Shown one piece after another: positions 13,656 through 26,420 of a stretch of 64,000 nt of DNA (the first letter of the stretch is position 1; every line of letters starts with the position of its first letter). The position numbers and the translations under genes were made by a program. The notes beneath the pieces were generated by a model, which made no database searches, was not told where the DNA came from, and saw nothing but the letters and a program-made list of their open reading frames with translations. The DNA comes from Octopus vulgaris (Eukaryota): the NCBI GenBank assembly GCA_951406725.2, contig OX597819.1:52762001-52826000 (forward strand). The letters are read 5' to 3'.

Positions 13656-14984
13656 TTTATACATACATATATATATATATACATGCATACACACACACAC
13701 ATTTCACTTATACTATGGTTTACACCATGCATTACAGTGGCTTAGTAAGGAGGAAGCAAACCCACTAAAACTCAGATAATTTAATCAATCCCATATATGT
13801 TTCTAAGTGTGTCTAGGTATGTCTTTCTTTGTTACAGTTTACAGTCTTTGGAAGAATGCTTGCACTTAAAGAGAGGAAAGAAAAAATATAAATAAAACCC
13901 GGTTTACCACAATGAGTAAAACAATAATTAGTTTTTGTTTGAGAAGTCAAGCAGTATTAAATGTAAGCCAGTACTAATAATTACATTAACTGAAGGTGGA
14001 TAGCTCAATACTTCAACTACATTATCCAAGATTGGATGCAAAAAACAAAACATTGGAACCTTTTAAAAATATATGAATTCTGCCTGAAGCTTCATCTCAT
14101 CCCTGTAAGTAATAAACCAGTTCTACTTTGCTATAATTATGTTAATTAGGCTAATAATGTAACCAAATGATTTCTTAGCATTTTAGCGAAGATAACTAAC
14201 GAACAGTGGCTGATCGTTTCGAAATGAACTGATTTTGTACTAAATTACTTATTAATAGCAGAAGCTGCATATAATACTGAGCAGAAGAGCAAGAAAAGAT
14301 AAATATCAATATAAATAACTTTTAAAATCCTAAGACATAAGACATTCTTCATATGCCAAGACTACCATATTATTTTACTGTCTCCCCAGATCAAAAGTCA
14401 TTAATTACAGCTAATGAAAATAAAATTGTTTCTAAAGTAGGGATTTCATAATTACTAATCTCTCTGCAAAAGATGTTTCCCTGCTTGCAGAGTCACTAAA
14501 TAATTATCAATAAAAGCCATTACATGAAATTTGTTTGTTTGTTTTTTTGTTTTTTTGTTTTGTCTTTTCTTTGTTTTGTCTCCAGAAAAGTGGCGAGAAT
14601 AAAGTGAAAATAATGAGAGATCAACAATGATTAATTTTCCTGTAAAGATGCAGAAATAATATGTTTTATGCAGTAGTTTAGCATGACAGAATAGCAAAAT
14701 TAATGATGTTTAAAAATAAGAATGTTACGAATGGTAGGAACAGAAACTGAATTGACCAGTTAAAGAGACAAGGAATTCACGTCTACTCATAAATGTACAA
14801 TAAACTTTCTCCACTAACGCATCATCTGACATGTAACTGGCAAGTCCATAAAAGGAAAACACAAGAAACATGTGTATGCACAAGTGCATCAGCTTTACAT
14901 ATTCCTGATAAAAGGCACAGATATGGCAGTGTGGATGTGAAGTTTGTTTTATAATCATTTGGTTTTGAGTTCTGTTTCATTGTA

Positions 14985-15715
14985 TGGCGCCTTAACCTTC
15001 TAGCATTCAGGTCATGCTTGAGAAGACTCATCAAGCCAAGTGAAATCACAATTGTGGCCATTGTCAGTGTCACGTAATTGGCACTCGTACTGGTGGCCCA
15101 TAAAAAGCACCTTTTGAGCATTAGGCCTCATGGAGGCAATGTGGCCGATGCAGGTGTCACGTAACTAACACCCATGCCGATGGCACATAAAAAGCACCTT
15201 TTAAGCGTTAGGCCTCATGGAGGCAATGTGGCTGATGCAGTTTTTGAGCATTTGGCCTCATGGAGGCAATGTGCCCGATGCAGGTGTCACGTAACTAGCA
15301 TCTGTGCCGATGGCACATAAAAAGCACCTTTTGAGCATTAGGCCTCATGGAGACAATGTGGCCGATGCAGGTGTCACATAACTAGCACCAGTGCAAATGG
15401 CACATAAAAAGCACCTTTTGAGCTTTAGGCCTCATGGAAGCCATAACAAACGACCAAGACCCTTGGCAATATGCTGTGCTTGGGAAGAAGAGCCATCAAG
15501 TCAAGTGAAATCATAGTTGTGACAAATACTGGTGTCACACAACTGGCACCCATGCCAATGGCGCATAAAAGCACCCATTACGTTCTCGGAATAGTTGGCA
15601 TTACGAAGGACACCCAGCTGTAGAAACCATGCTAAATCAGACTGGAGTCTGGTGATGCCCCTCAGTCTATCAGCCCATATCAGCATGGACAATGTACACT
15701 AAATGATGATGATGT
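14985..15715 (+). mobile_element. SINE family B with internal tandem array
   Basis: Ends aaaagcaccc...gaaggacacccagctgtagaaacc...taaatgatgatgatg. Confidence 0.8.
15067..15440 (+). repeat. 87-bp tandem repeat, about 4.3 units
   Basis: Full units start at 15067, 15154 and 15284; a half unit lies at 15241 and a truncated unit at 15371 (gtgtcacgtaac...aaaaagcaccttttgagcattaggcctcatggaggcaatgtggccgatgcag). Confidence 0.9.
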
Positions 15716-15907
15716 AATGATTATTTATTGACATTGCATTGACTTAATTATTCATTATCTCATAGCTCTGAGATTTCAATGATGTGATTGTTCACTTTTA
15801 GAATGACATTCACCAGATCCAGTCTCTCACACATACTCTACAGTCTGAACATAAAACAGGTAGAATATTATGGTCCAATATGGCTAGTATAAATGTCAAT
15901 GGCTTAA
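15712..15907. mobile_element. piggyBac-like MITE family 1, truncated, with internal inversion
   Basis: Matches 33548-33773 except for an inverted segment at 15812-15842. Confidence 0.7.
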
Positions 15908-16119
15908 GCAAGTGTCTTCTAGTATGACCTCAGTTCTAACCAATGCTTTACAAATGGAATTGCAGTAGGAGAACGTATAATACATCATGCATAGTGTGTA
16001 TGTGTGTGTATGTATGCAAGTAAATCTAGATATCTTGCTCCACACTTGCACTACCTTCACAAAAAAGCTGTGATGCCCATATGAGGACATAACATTCTCT
16101 CTCTCTCTCAATAGTACAT

Positions 16120-16450
16120 ATCATGGAAACATTGCAGGGCACCTTGTGCAAGTGTCTTCTACTATAGACTCAGGCTGACCAAAGCCTTGTGAGTGGATTT
16201 GGTAAACGGAAACTGAAAGAAGCTGTTGTGTGTGGGCGTGCATGCTTCTCCCCCACCACCCCTCGACAGCAGGCACTGGTGCGTTTTTGTACCTGTAACT
16301 TAGTGGCAAGTCCCCAAAAAAAAAATAGAATAAGTACTAGACTTTAAAAAAAAGTCCTGGAGTTGATTTGTTTAACTAAAACCCTTCAAGGTGGTGCCCC
16401 AGTATAGCGGCAGTTAAGTGACTGAAACAAGTAAAAGATAAAAGGTACAA
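16120..16450 (+). mobile_element. SINE family A
   Basis: ggcaccttgtgcaagtgtcttctactatag...ccaaagccttgtgagtggatttgg...actgaaacaagtaaaagataaaag. Confidence 0.85.
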
Positions 16451-17199
16451 GAGTTGAAGCTGCTTGTATGATGGTAACACTCATTTACAACTCTCACACA
16501 ATGTCAAAACAAGGAGACACAAAAGAACTACAAGGAAATAAGATTGGATTTAGTACTTCCTTACATGTATCATAATAGTGGGGAAATATATCTAGAGTAC
16601 AAGCAAAAAATGTGCTAAGTTACACTGATAAGCAAACCTTATATTGATTACTGTCCTAGTTTGATATTACAATGAATTTCCTTACCTATAATTCTCTTAT
16701 GATAATTACAACGACTCCCAAGTTCACAACTTTGTCATTTTCATTTTCATCCTACCCAATTCCAATAAGATCTACCCCTTCTATTCACATTTTTAAGTAC
16801 CTTTTTTTAAAAAAAATTACATCTACAGTTGATCTCTTCAATTATCTCTTAATTTACCACACAGATGGGAGTCCTACTCCAGAAAGCCCGACACAGCCTA
16901 ATAACAAGATATTTTTGTTTCTTCATTTGATTATTATGACTAAAAAAGTGAAGGCACTAAACATTTAAAATAGATGAAGAAACTTATTTTTTTTTTGTTG
17001 TTTATTTAGTTGGGGAGGGCTGGGGTTCTTTTTTGCCTTCTGGGGACAATACTCAAATAAGCAAAAGTCTACCATGATATTGGAGTAGAGGACACAAACT
17101 ATTACAGTAATGGAGGATATATACTACATTAAAACATTAAAAAAAATGAATTTCTTCCTGTTTTTAAATAATTCTACAAAACAATGCCATGCAAGAGAT

Positions 17200-17532
17200 T
17201 ATATGTACGTATATATTTACACATATATACGTATATAAATGTACACATATATACATTTACACACATATACATATATAGATGTACATACATATACATACAC
17301 ACAGATATGTTTGCGTGTATGCACACATATTCACACAGATACACACATAGACGCGTGTGTGTGCGTTTGCCCAACACATACACAGTAATGTAAATAGATG
17401 AATGAAAACATATATATGTCCATGTGTATGTATGTTCATAGTGCATACACACACATATACATATGTACGTATGCATGTACACATACACATGTATATATGT
17501 ATGTTACACATACACATGCATACATACATGCA
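17200..17532. repeat. Degenerate (CA/TA)n low-complexity tract
   Basis: Interrupted acat/atat/acac repeats. Confidence 0.8.
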
Positions 17533-18879
17533 TAACAAAATTAAACAGTCAGTCGTCCTGTAGTAATATAAAATTGCAAATGTTAACTCTCTGATTTGAT
17601 AAAAATCAGGTACTGCTAAAGAATAAAATCCCATTAATGGTGAAAAACCTAAATAGAATATAGACTAACACAGAGCAGCTTCTGTAAAGCTGGTTAAACA
17701 AGAGAAAGAAGAGATAGATGGGGGGACGGGGGACAGGTTGAGAGTACAATTTTGTATTGGCTTTTGTTTTGGGTTTTTTTTTCTTAATATTATCACTTTT
17801 ACTCTCCCTCTCTCTCTCTATCTCTCTTCTCCATTTTTATCTATTTACTTAATTTATTCTAATTTTTTTTTAAATAATTAAATTAGATTTCCAAATGTGG
17901 ATTATTTTAGTTTTCTCAACCATTCCACTCTATCCCAACCCATGTTCCATGTTGCCAACACCTTCCTTCCTTCCCTTCTTTCTTTCTTTCAAATTCACTT
18001 TCTTCTATGTCATGCTTTCTATCTACTTCAAAATTTCATTGCTTTTTGTTTATTTTTTATTTTTTCTTCTTTGTTTTTTTTTTTCAAAGTTCTGTGCACC
18101 ACCCTTCACCCTTACCATCACCATCGCCACCAACCACCAGCACCACCAACAACAACAACAAAAACAGTTAGAACGGTGTTTCATGGAAGAGATGTTCCAA
18201 CAACACCTCAGGCTAACAACATAGTAAGTTATAAGTAGTAAATGTTTCAAACATATTCCAACAAAAAAAGACACACACAAACAGTCTTCCTGCGCCCTCA
18301 CCCCTTCCTTTTGGTTCACTTGTTCCTCCTCCTTTTCCTACCACCACTACCACCACTGCCACCACTCAACTTTGCAATAATTTACTCTCGTCTTTTACTT
18401 CATTTCTTTCGACTTTTCCTTAAATGCAAATCTTGTTTACTATTTCTAAATGGCACCAAACTTAATGGCAGGAAAAAAAATGGTAAACTGCAATTTAAAA
18501 TTAGATGCAAAGACAGTAATAATAAAAACACTAGAAAAGTAGTTTATAGTTCATTTACTACCCACAATCCACCTACCATTTCTATTTATTATTATATTCT
18601 CTTCCTTTTCAATATTTTAATTTTCTTGTTTTGGAGGTTTTTTAAATATTTTATTTGTTTTGTTTTTTATCCCTCCCCACGAATATTTTCTGCTTTTTGC
18701 TTTTTTTTTGTTTTTCCATTTTGCAACCTTTCACTGTTCTGTTTGAAGAATATTTAGGAAAAGCGTAACATATTTAGAGACGATATGTTAATTCATAGCT
18801 AAAATAAGAATTTAAAAAGCTGCATTTTTAAAAATATTTCAAATTAATTAATCTCTCTCTCTCTCTCTCCCTCTATATA

Positions 18880-19310
18880 TCATCATCATCATTGTTTCAA
18901 CATCCATTTTTCCAGGCTTGCATGGATTAGATGGGATTTGTTGAAGCAGGTTTTTTTTTTTAATGGCTGGATGCCCTTCCTGTTACCAACCCTCACCTGT
19001 TTGCACGTGAAGTAACATTTCCCCATGACTGGATATGTTTTCAAGACAGATGGAGAATGAATGATATTGCTTGTATGATGATGATGTCACTTGCTTACAA
19101 CCATCACATATTCACATGATGTCAAAACAAGGATGGGGACACACATATGCAATGAGCTTCTTTAAGTTTCCATCTACTAAATCCACTTATAGGCTTTGGT
19201 CAGCTTGGGGTTATAATAAAAGACACTTGCCCAAGGAGCCATGCACTGGGACTCAACCCCAAACCACATGGTTTGGGAATCAAGCTTCTTAACCATACTG
19301 CCATGCTTTC
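18880..19310 (-). mobile_element. Composite SINE: family A head with family B-variant tail
   Basis: Tail catcatcatcattgtttcaacatccatttttccaggcttgcatgg; head ...gacacttgcccaagg...gggactcaaccccaaaccacatgg. Confidence 0.8.
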
Positions 19311-19529
19311 ACCTCTTTTATTGCTACTTATTTACTGGTTTTTATTATATTTTAGTCAAGAGGAAAGGGCAAGGCCCATAGCTCTCTACAGAACCTTAAA
19401 GACTAGTGGAAGAGAGAAATAATTTTATCTTCAAACCAGAAAGCTGGCCCAAATTCTTGCAACAGAACAGACAAATCTCAGATATATGATATGTCATATA
19501 TCTCTTATTATAATTCTTTAATATTACTG

Positions 19530-19902
19530 AAGTTGTGTGATAAGTAGCTTGCTTACCAATCACATGGTTCTGGGTTCAGTACCACTGCATGACACCTTGG
19601 GCAAGTGCCTTCTGCTATAGCCTCAGGCCGACCAAAGCCTTGTTAGTGAATATGGTAGACAGAAACTGAAAGAAGCCTGTCATGTGCGTGTGTGTGTGTG
19701 TGTGTTTGCCCCCTCCCCCTTGACAACCATCGCTTGACGACCAATGTTGGTGTGTTTATGTCCCCATAACTTAGTGCTTTGGCAAAAGAGACAGATAGAA
19801 TAAGTACTAGGCTTACAAAGAGTAAGTTCTGGGGTCGATTTGCTCAACTAAGCGCAGTGCCTAAGTATGGCCGCGTTCAAAATGACTGAAACGAGTAAAA
19901 GA
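19530..19902 (+). mobile_element. SINE family A, full length
   Basis: Head gttgtgtgataagtagcttgcttaccaatcacatggttctgggttcagtacc (B-box-like), internal (TG)n, tail gactgaaacgagtaaaag. Confidence 0.9.
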
Positions 19903-19909
19903 ATACCAT

Positions 19910-20115
19910 AAAGCAGCAAGCTGGCAGAATCATAACCACGCCGGGGGCAACATGCATAACGGCATTTCATCCATCTTTACGCTCTGAGTTCAAATTCTGC
20001 CACGGTCAACTTTGTTTTTCATCCTTTCAAAGTTGATAAAAATAAGTACCAATTGAGCACTAGCCATTCTCCCCCAAAACTGCTGGCCTTGTGTCAAAAT
20101 TTGAAACCAATATTA
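19910..20115 (+). mobile_element. tRNA-derived SINE family D
   Basis: gcaagctggcagaatc...tctgagttcaaattctgcc...tttcatcctttc...aataagtacc...ctggccttgtgtcaaaatttgaaacc; matches 63742-63965. Confidence 0.85.
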
Positions 20116-20829
20116 CTAGATATCTTGTATGATTATTGAAAATAGTAGTATCTAATGTAACTAATATTCAACACACACGCGTGCGCGCACACGCACACAC
20201 ACACAAATTTATTTATCGTTATCTGCTTAGATGACACCTCTTAACTTGCAGTGTCTTCTTCAAAATCAGTTTGAGATGGTGGTGGGAAGGTAAATGGGTT
20301 TTATTTTCTTACTCTTCAAAGTCTAATTGTAGATAAATGAAAACCTAGATAAGAAATTAATAACTTAGAAAAACAACACCAACAACAAAATGGAATATGA
20401 CATTGATTTCAATGATCAATAATGCAACCATGCTAATAAAACCAATTCCACAATAAAATAGTGATTTATCACAGGGACCACTAGATTACATACAGCTAAA
20501 TTATTATAATCGTGACTAGAACAATTTAATGTTAAAATTCAAAATTCTATTTCGCTTTTGGATTTGGTTTGCAAGATTCTTTATTCAAAATTTCATTTAT
20601 TAAAAATAAGGTGTTAAAGAGGGAATCAAGCTATAGAAACGCAACCAAAGTAGACAATAGAGCTTGGAGCAATCTTCTGATGTACCAGCTCCAGTCAAAT
20701 TGTCCAACCACTGCCAGTATGGAAGACAGATGTTAAATTATGACAATGATGATGACAGAAGCCTCGTGAGTGGTTTTGGTAGTCAAAAACTGAAAGAAGC
20801 CCATTATATATTCATGTTTACATATTGTT

Positions 20830-21129
20830 ACCAGCGTCGCTTTACTGGCACTTGTGCCGGTGGCACGTAAAAAAGCATTCGAGCGAGGTCGTTGCCAGTG
20901 CTGCTGGACTGGCTCATGTGCAGGTGGCACATAAAAAAGTACCGCCTGATTGGCCTTCGCGCCGGTGGCACGTAAAAGCACCCACTACACTCTTGGAGTG
21001 GTTGGTGTTAGGAAGGGCATCAAGCTGTAGAAACTCTGCCAGATCAGATTGGAGCCTGGTGCAGCTATCAGTTTCGCCAGTCCTCAGTCAAATCGTCCAA
21101 CCCATGCTAGCATAGAAAGCGGATGTTAA

Positions 21130-21167
<38 letters not shown>
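20830..21167 (+). mobile_element. SINE family B, young
   Basis: Three ggtggcac(g/a)taaaa modules, then gttaggaagggcatc...gtccaacccatgctagcatagaaagcggatgttaaa(tga)n. Confidence 0.9.
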
Positions 21168-21198
<31 letters not shown>

Positions 21199-21199
21199 T

Positions 21200-21435
21200 G
21201 TGTGTGTTACTTTTCCTTGCTTAGACTCCACATGATATTTGTAAAACAAGTGTCACCATTCATACAAGCCATGTTCTTTGTCACCAATCTTCCATGAAAA
21301 CAGGTCTGATGAGATGGAATATTACCTTACATGGAAATAGGTAAGGGTTGGTAACAGGAAGAATATCCAGCTGTAGAAAATCTGCCTCAACAAATTCCAT
21401 CCAACCCATGAAAGCATGGAAAAGCAGACATTATA
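21200..21435 (+). mobile_element. SINE family B variant
   Basis: aagggttggtaacaggaagaatatccagctgtagaaaatctgcctcaac...ccaacccatgaaagcatggaaaagcagac. Confidence 0.8.
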
Positions 21436-23106
21436 ATAATAACGACAGAAAATTAAATGTTCAGTAATTATTTGGGGAATAAGTACAAAAGAGAGAACAG
21501 TACTAAATATCCTTCACCAAATGTTCTCTCCCTATTGCAAAAATACAGAACAGCCAATAAAAAATCAGTTTACAACATAAAACAGTTTGCTTTCTTTGCA
21601 ACCTTTGGAACTGAACTTGCTTGGCAAGTGATTTAATCAAATATCCCTGTGTAGAAACTAAAACAATTACAACATGAAATAGACATAAGAGCTTTATAAA
21701 ACACACGTATACACTTTTGCATTCATTTTTACTTAATTTCATGATTGTATTGCCTAAATTTATCTTCTACCATTCATTACCCTCTCATTCCCCAGTCGTT
21801 CATATTTCTGTCTCAGTCAGCCAGTCTCGCTTTCTCTCATATCCGGTGTACTATGCTACAAGTATAACCAAGCATAACACACTCTCCTTCCCTTTAACAC
21901 CCTTTCACCTCCATAACTCAGTTTCTACCATCATGTTTTCACTCATCCCCACCCATCTGTTATGAATCTCTCAATCAATCATTTTCAGTTTTTGCCTTGA
22001 ACAAATGAACATAACATAGAATACAGAGGACTCTTCAGTTTCACAGGACACAAGGCCATAAAAAATGCACCCAATACACTCTGTATAATGACAGACAAAT
22101 GAGCAAAGATGACATGGTGGGGAAAGAAAACTTTTTTAGACTTGTCAATGGCATGACAACCTCTTTAATAATGGAGCCATGATAAAATGCAACCAGTAGC
22201 AGATTCTTTGAAACAGTTGGTGATAGGAAGGGCCTCCAGCTGTAGAAAACAAACCAAAGAGGAGTTATATAACGGACTGAGACAAAGTCGTCTGATTCAT
22301 CTAGCAGGGTCATAACTCTGAATAAGAACTGAATTGGATTATGTCAACAAGTTCAATCCATGTTAGCAGGGAAAGTTGACATAAAATGTTGATGAAATGT
22401 CAAAAACGTGTCCTACAGCTACAAACTGATCACTGATACCATTGCAACCAAAGCAGTGCAATGAAAAAGCAATGGAACTGTGTCAATGACAGGATTGTTG
22501 ATGTACAACAAAACTCTTGGACACTTTATAATATAAAGTACAAGCAAGAAATAAAAGGGAAGTGAATATAATGGTGTTATGAATGCCGACTACAACTCTT
22601 CCTTGGCATCATTGTATCCTCCTTAGATTAACAAATAAATATATGAAAATATTTTAATAAAAAGAGTAAAGTACATTGAGATGTACACTAACCGGTTGGT
22701 GGAGGATGGGATTTTCATTAACTACTCTCCTACCTGAGGCTAGATTTGCAATTTTCTAATCCCTAGCTTGTCTCTTTAATGGTACCATAGTTAGTTTTAT
22801 TGATTCTTGGAAAGCTGAATGACTAATTCCACAGCCCAGAGTCATTTATTTTATTTTTATTCCATTTCATTTTTGGTGATTTAATTCTGTAAGAAATCCA
22901 AGTCTTGTGTCCAAATTTACACATCAAAGTATCACAGGAAAAACCAAAAAACCGAGGAAAGAGATCATCATTATTATCATTATTGTTATTATTTGATTAT
23001 CATTATTATTGGTATTTGAACAGGATTTTTTTAAAACAACTATCAACAGTGATGAGAGCAGGTAAAACATTAACAGTAAAAAAAAAAATCAAACTTTAGT
23101 GAGATT

Positions 23107-23148
<42 letters not shown>

Positions 23149-24396
23149 CTGACCACCCCCATGCCATCACTACAAAAAAAAAAAAGAAATATATAAAGAT
23201 TGTCATTACTATTAAATGATTTGTTAATTTTACAATGAGACTTCAAATTCAGAATTTCATTACAATCAAAACAAGATATAAGGTAAAAAAAAAAAGAGAA
23301 AGAAAATGTGAAAAAGAAAAGAGAGAAAGTTGCCAAGATAAATACATGAATTAAAGAATAAAATAAACACATGAGTTGTTAAAAACCATAATAAATCTGC
23401 GATGGACTTTAAAATGAAGATAAGATATAGGTTAGAGTGCTAAGAGGCAATTTTCTTTTCTTAAATCGATAATAGATAAAATTAGTTAATCAAAAGAATC
23501 ACTTTATTACCGATTTTTTTTCCCTATCTTTTTACATTTACATTTAAAAAAAAAAAATTTTTTTTTTACATTTTTCTTCTTTTTATTCATTTTTCAATTT
23601 TATTTTTATTTTTTGCCTTGGCTTAACCTCCTCTAATTTTTTGTTTTAATATTTGCTGTTTATAAATTTCCAAAGACTTAAGGGAATGAGAGATAACAAT
23701 GTTTACCAAATCAACAATTTAGCAATAACAATTTTCTCTTATCTTCTGAAGGCAACAGGAATGGCTAATAAAGAACTACACAGAGATGATTATTTATGCT
23801 GAACAGGGGAGGGAAGGAGATGGAGCGAGTGAGGGGGAGTTTGTTGGCATATTTTGAAAAACTTCAATGAATTCATCTTCGAAAGAATGCTCAGACACCA
23901 CCGTCATGGATATGGTGGTGGCATCGCTAATAAATTATTCCGCAAACAACCTGAAGTTATTTTACAAATCAAATAGACATTGCAGCCGGAAATTACTTCA
24001 TTTAAGAAAGAAAGGAGAAAGGAAAGTTGGAAAAAGAAATAATAATAATAATAGCAATTTCTTACATAGGCACAAGACAGAAATATTGAGGGAAGTGTTA
24101 GTTGATTACATCAATTCTCAGTATTTGATTGCAGTGTGTTTAATTGACCCCAGGAGGATGAAAGGCAAAGTTGATGTTGACAATAATAATATTAAGAATT
24201 GTTTCTCAAATAAGCAGGAGGCCTGAAAGTTGTTGGGAGGAAGGTGTTGGTTGATTAAATCAGCCCTAACATTTGATTGATACTTTATTTTGATTGCCCC
24301 CTCTACACACACACATACACTCTGACCTCTCGAAGGATGCAAAGCTGACATCAGTGGCATTTGAACTCAGCACTGGAAACTGAAGTTAACTTCTGT

Positions 24397-24588
24397 GATG
24401 ATGATGATGATGATGATGATGATGACAATGATGAAAATGAAGATGACAACAATGATGATGATGATGACAATGATGAAAATGAAGATGACAACAATGATGA
24501 TGATGAATAGTGACAATGATAACGATGATGATGAACAGTAACAATAACGGCGATGACAATGATGACAACGATGATGATGATGATGATA
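24397..24588. repeat. Compound (GAT/GAC/AAT)n microsatellite with an internal ~39-bp duplication
   Basis: gatgatgatgacaatgatgaaaatgaagatgacaacaat occurs twice in tandem. Confidence 0.85.
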
Positions 24589-24591
24589 AAA

Positions 24592-25032
24592 TATGAGGGG
24601 CTGCTGAAAAAGTTCCTGGCTTTAAGGGTATCACGAAAGGCTTGGTTGAAGGCTCAACCTTCCAAGTTCTTTTATAGGGCTTAGGAAAACTGAAGGGCCA
24701 CAGCATTAACCCTTTTGTTACCAACCCGGCTGAAACCAGCTCTGGCTCTGTTGTACAAATGTCTTGTTTTCATAAATTTTGAATTAAAATCTTCCAACAA
24801 ACCTTAGTCACAATTAATGGTCTCTGACACTAGCTTAATGATAACAAAGTTATTTTACTAAATTCTTTGTTATATCTAAAATAATTGAGAAAAACCACAG
24901 AGCATCTCAAAATAAATACAGTAACGAAAGGGTTAAGTGTGTGAATCTGATAGGGAGTATAGAAGCATAATCAACTGATCCTCCTGTACTTTCTTTTACC
25001 TAAAGCCAGAAACTTTTCAGCACCCCTTCGTG
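24592..25032 (+). mobile_element. Tc1/mariner-derived MITE, interrupted
   Basis: TIRs tatgaggggctgctgaaaaagttcctggcttt / aaagccagaaacttttcagcaccccttcgtg; internal mariner C-terminal remnant; second copy at 45974. Confidence 0.8.
24706..24936. mobile_element. piggyBac-like MITE family 2, nested in the mariner MITE
   Basis: TTAAcccttttgttac ... gtaacgaaagggTTAA; removing it restores the host element. Confidence 0.9.
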
Positions 25033-26069
25033 TTTCCTTGACATTACTTTTATCACATTGACTAAGATTTACTACAAAGTTATGAAAACCACTAACAAAA
25101 TATGCCAAGGTTTCACTCTATTTAGGTCCACAGTGTAAATTTCTGAACAATTTTCAGTTGAAACCTGTTAAACATTGACTTAGCTTCTCTCCAGAGAGAA
25201 TTCAATAAAATAACTCTTAGAATAGGAAGATTCAGGTTCAAAGAAACAACTGACAGAAGGTTGTTAGACTACTTTGTTATTGGGTTAATGAGTTCAAATT
25301 CTTTACTGATAATTTATTCGACATATCTTAGCTCGCTAAAAAATGTTGTTTAACTCCAAGGTAGCCCTTATCAAGCAGATGTATGATTAAATGATTTCCT
25401 GTCATGACCATCCAGTTTTTTTTGTTTTTTTTTTTTGCTTATGCACAGTAAACCCAGGATTATATCATCCAATATTTTCTTCTATAAAGAGAGTAGTGTA
25501 TGATTCAGGGGAGATTTGGCTACTATTTCTGGGAAGTCAAGTGACTGCATAGACATTCCTTCTACATTTCAAGTTCACCTCAGTACAGAAATCAGGTATC
25601 AGACAAGTCAGTGAGGGAGCTTTTATGAAATTGTTTGACTTGTTAGAAATAGCAGCCAAATTTCTATCGAATAACATCCAGCTTAGATACACCTTGTGTG
25701 AAGAATTAAAGATGAGATGGTCATGGCTGGAATGTCTTTGATCTACATAATAATGATGGATATGTAGCAACACAGCAGCAAATAGTTACCATCCTTACAA
25801 CTGCAGCAGAACCCAATTATATTTAGAGGAGGGAGGGCATTTCATCTATTTAAAGAAACTCTAGTTGAAGAAACTAGAACTGTTCAATACTAATCAATGG
25901 GACACCTTACAGATAGCATCCCTGAAGCTTGCTCTTGCAACCATGTCGTTTCCAGTTCAGTTCCATTGTGTGACAGCTTGGCAAGAGTCTTTTACCACAG
26001 CCCCAGGTTGACCAATGCCTTGTCAGTAAATTTGGTAAACAGAAACTGCATGGAAGCCAATCATATTTA

Positions 26070-26420
26070 GGCATAGGAGTGGCTGTGTGGTAAGTAGCTT
26101 GCTTAACAACCACATGGTTCCGGGTTCAGTCCCACTGCGTGGCACCTTCGGTAAGTGTCTTCTACTATCGCCTCGGGCCGACCAAAGCCTTGTGAATGGA
26201 TTTGGTAGACAGAAACTGAAAGAAGCCCATCGTATATATGTGTGTGTGAGTATGTTTGTGTGTCTGAGTTTGTCCCCCCCCCCCAACATCGCTTGACAAC
26301 CAATGCTGGTGTGTTTACGTCCCTGTAACTTAGCGGTTTGGCAAAAGAGACCGATAGAATAAGTACTAGGCTTACAAACAATAAGTCCTGGGGCCGATTT
26401 GCTCGACTAAAGGCATTGCT
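26070..26420 (+). mobile_element. SINE family A, young copy nested in an older family A copy (25915-26565)
   Basis: A-box-like tggctgtgtgg at 26080-26090 and B-box-like ggttcagtccc at 26123-26133; an older head precedes it and an older tail follows. Confidence 0.9.

Noticed and set aside
15067-15440. Regularly spaced repeats resembling a CRISPR array
   Set aside because: Whole units repeat with no unique spacers; eukaryotic SINE context and no cas genes.
26075-26140. tRNA gene suggested by A/B boxes
   Set aside because: It is the tRNA-derived head of a multi-copy SINE; no complete cloverleaf is evident.
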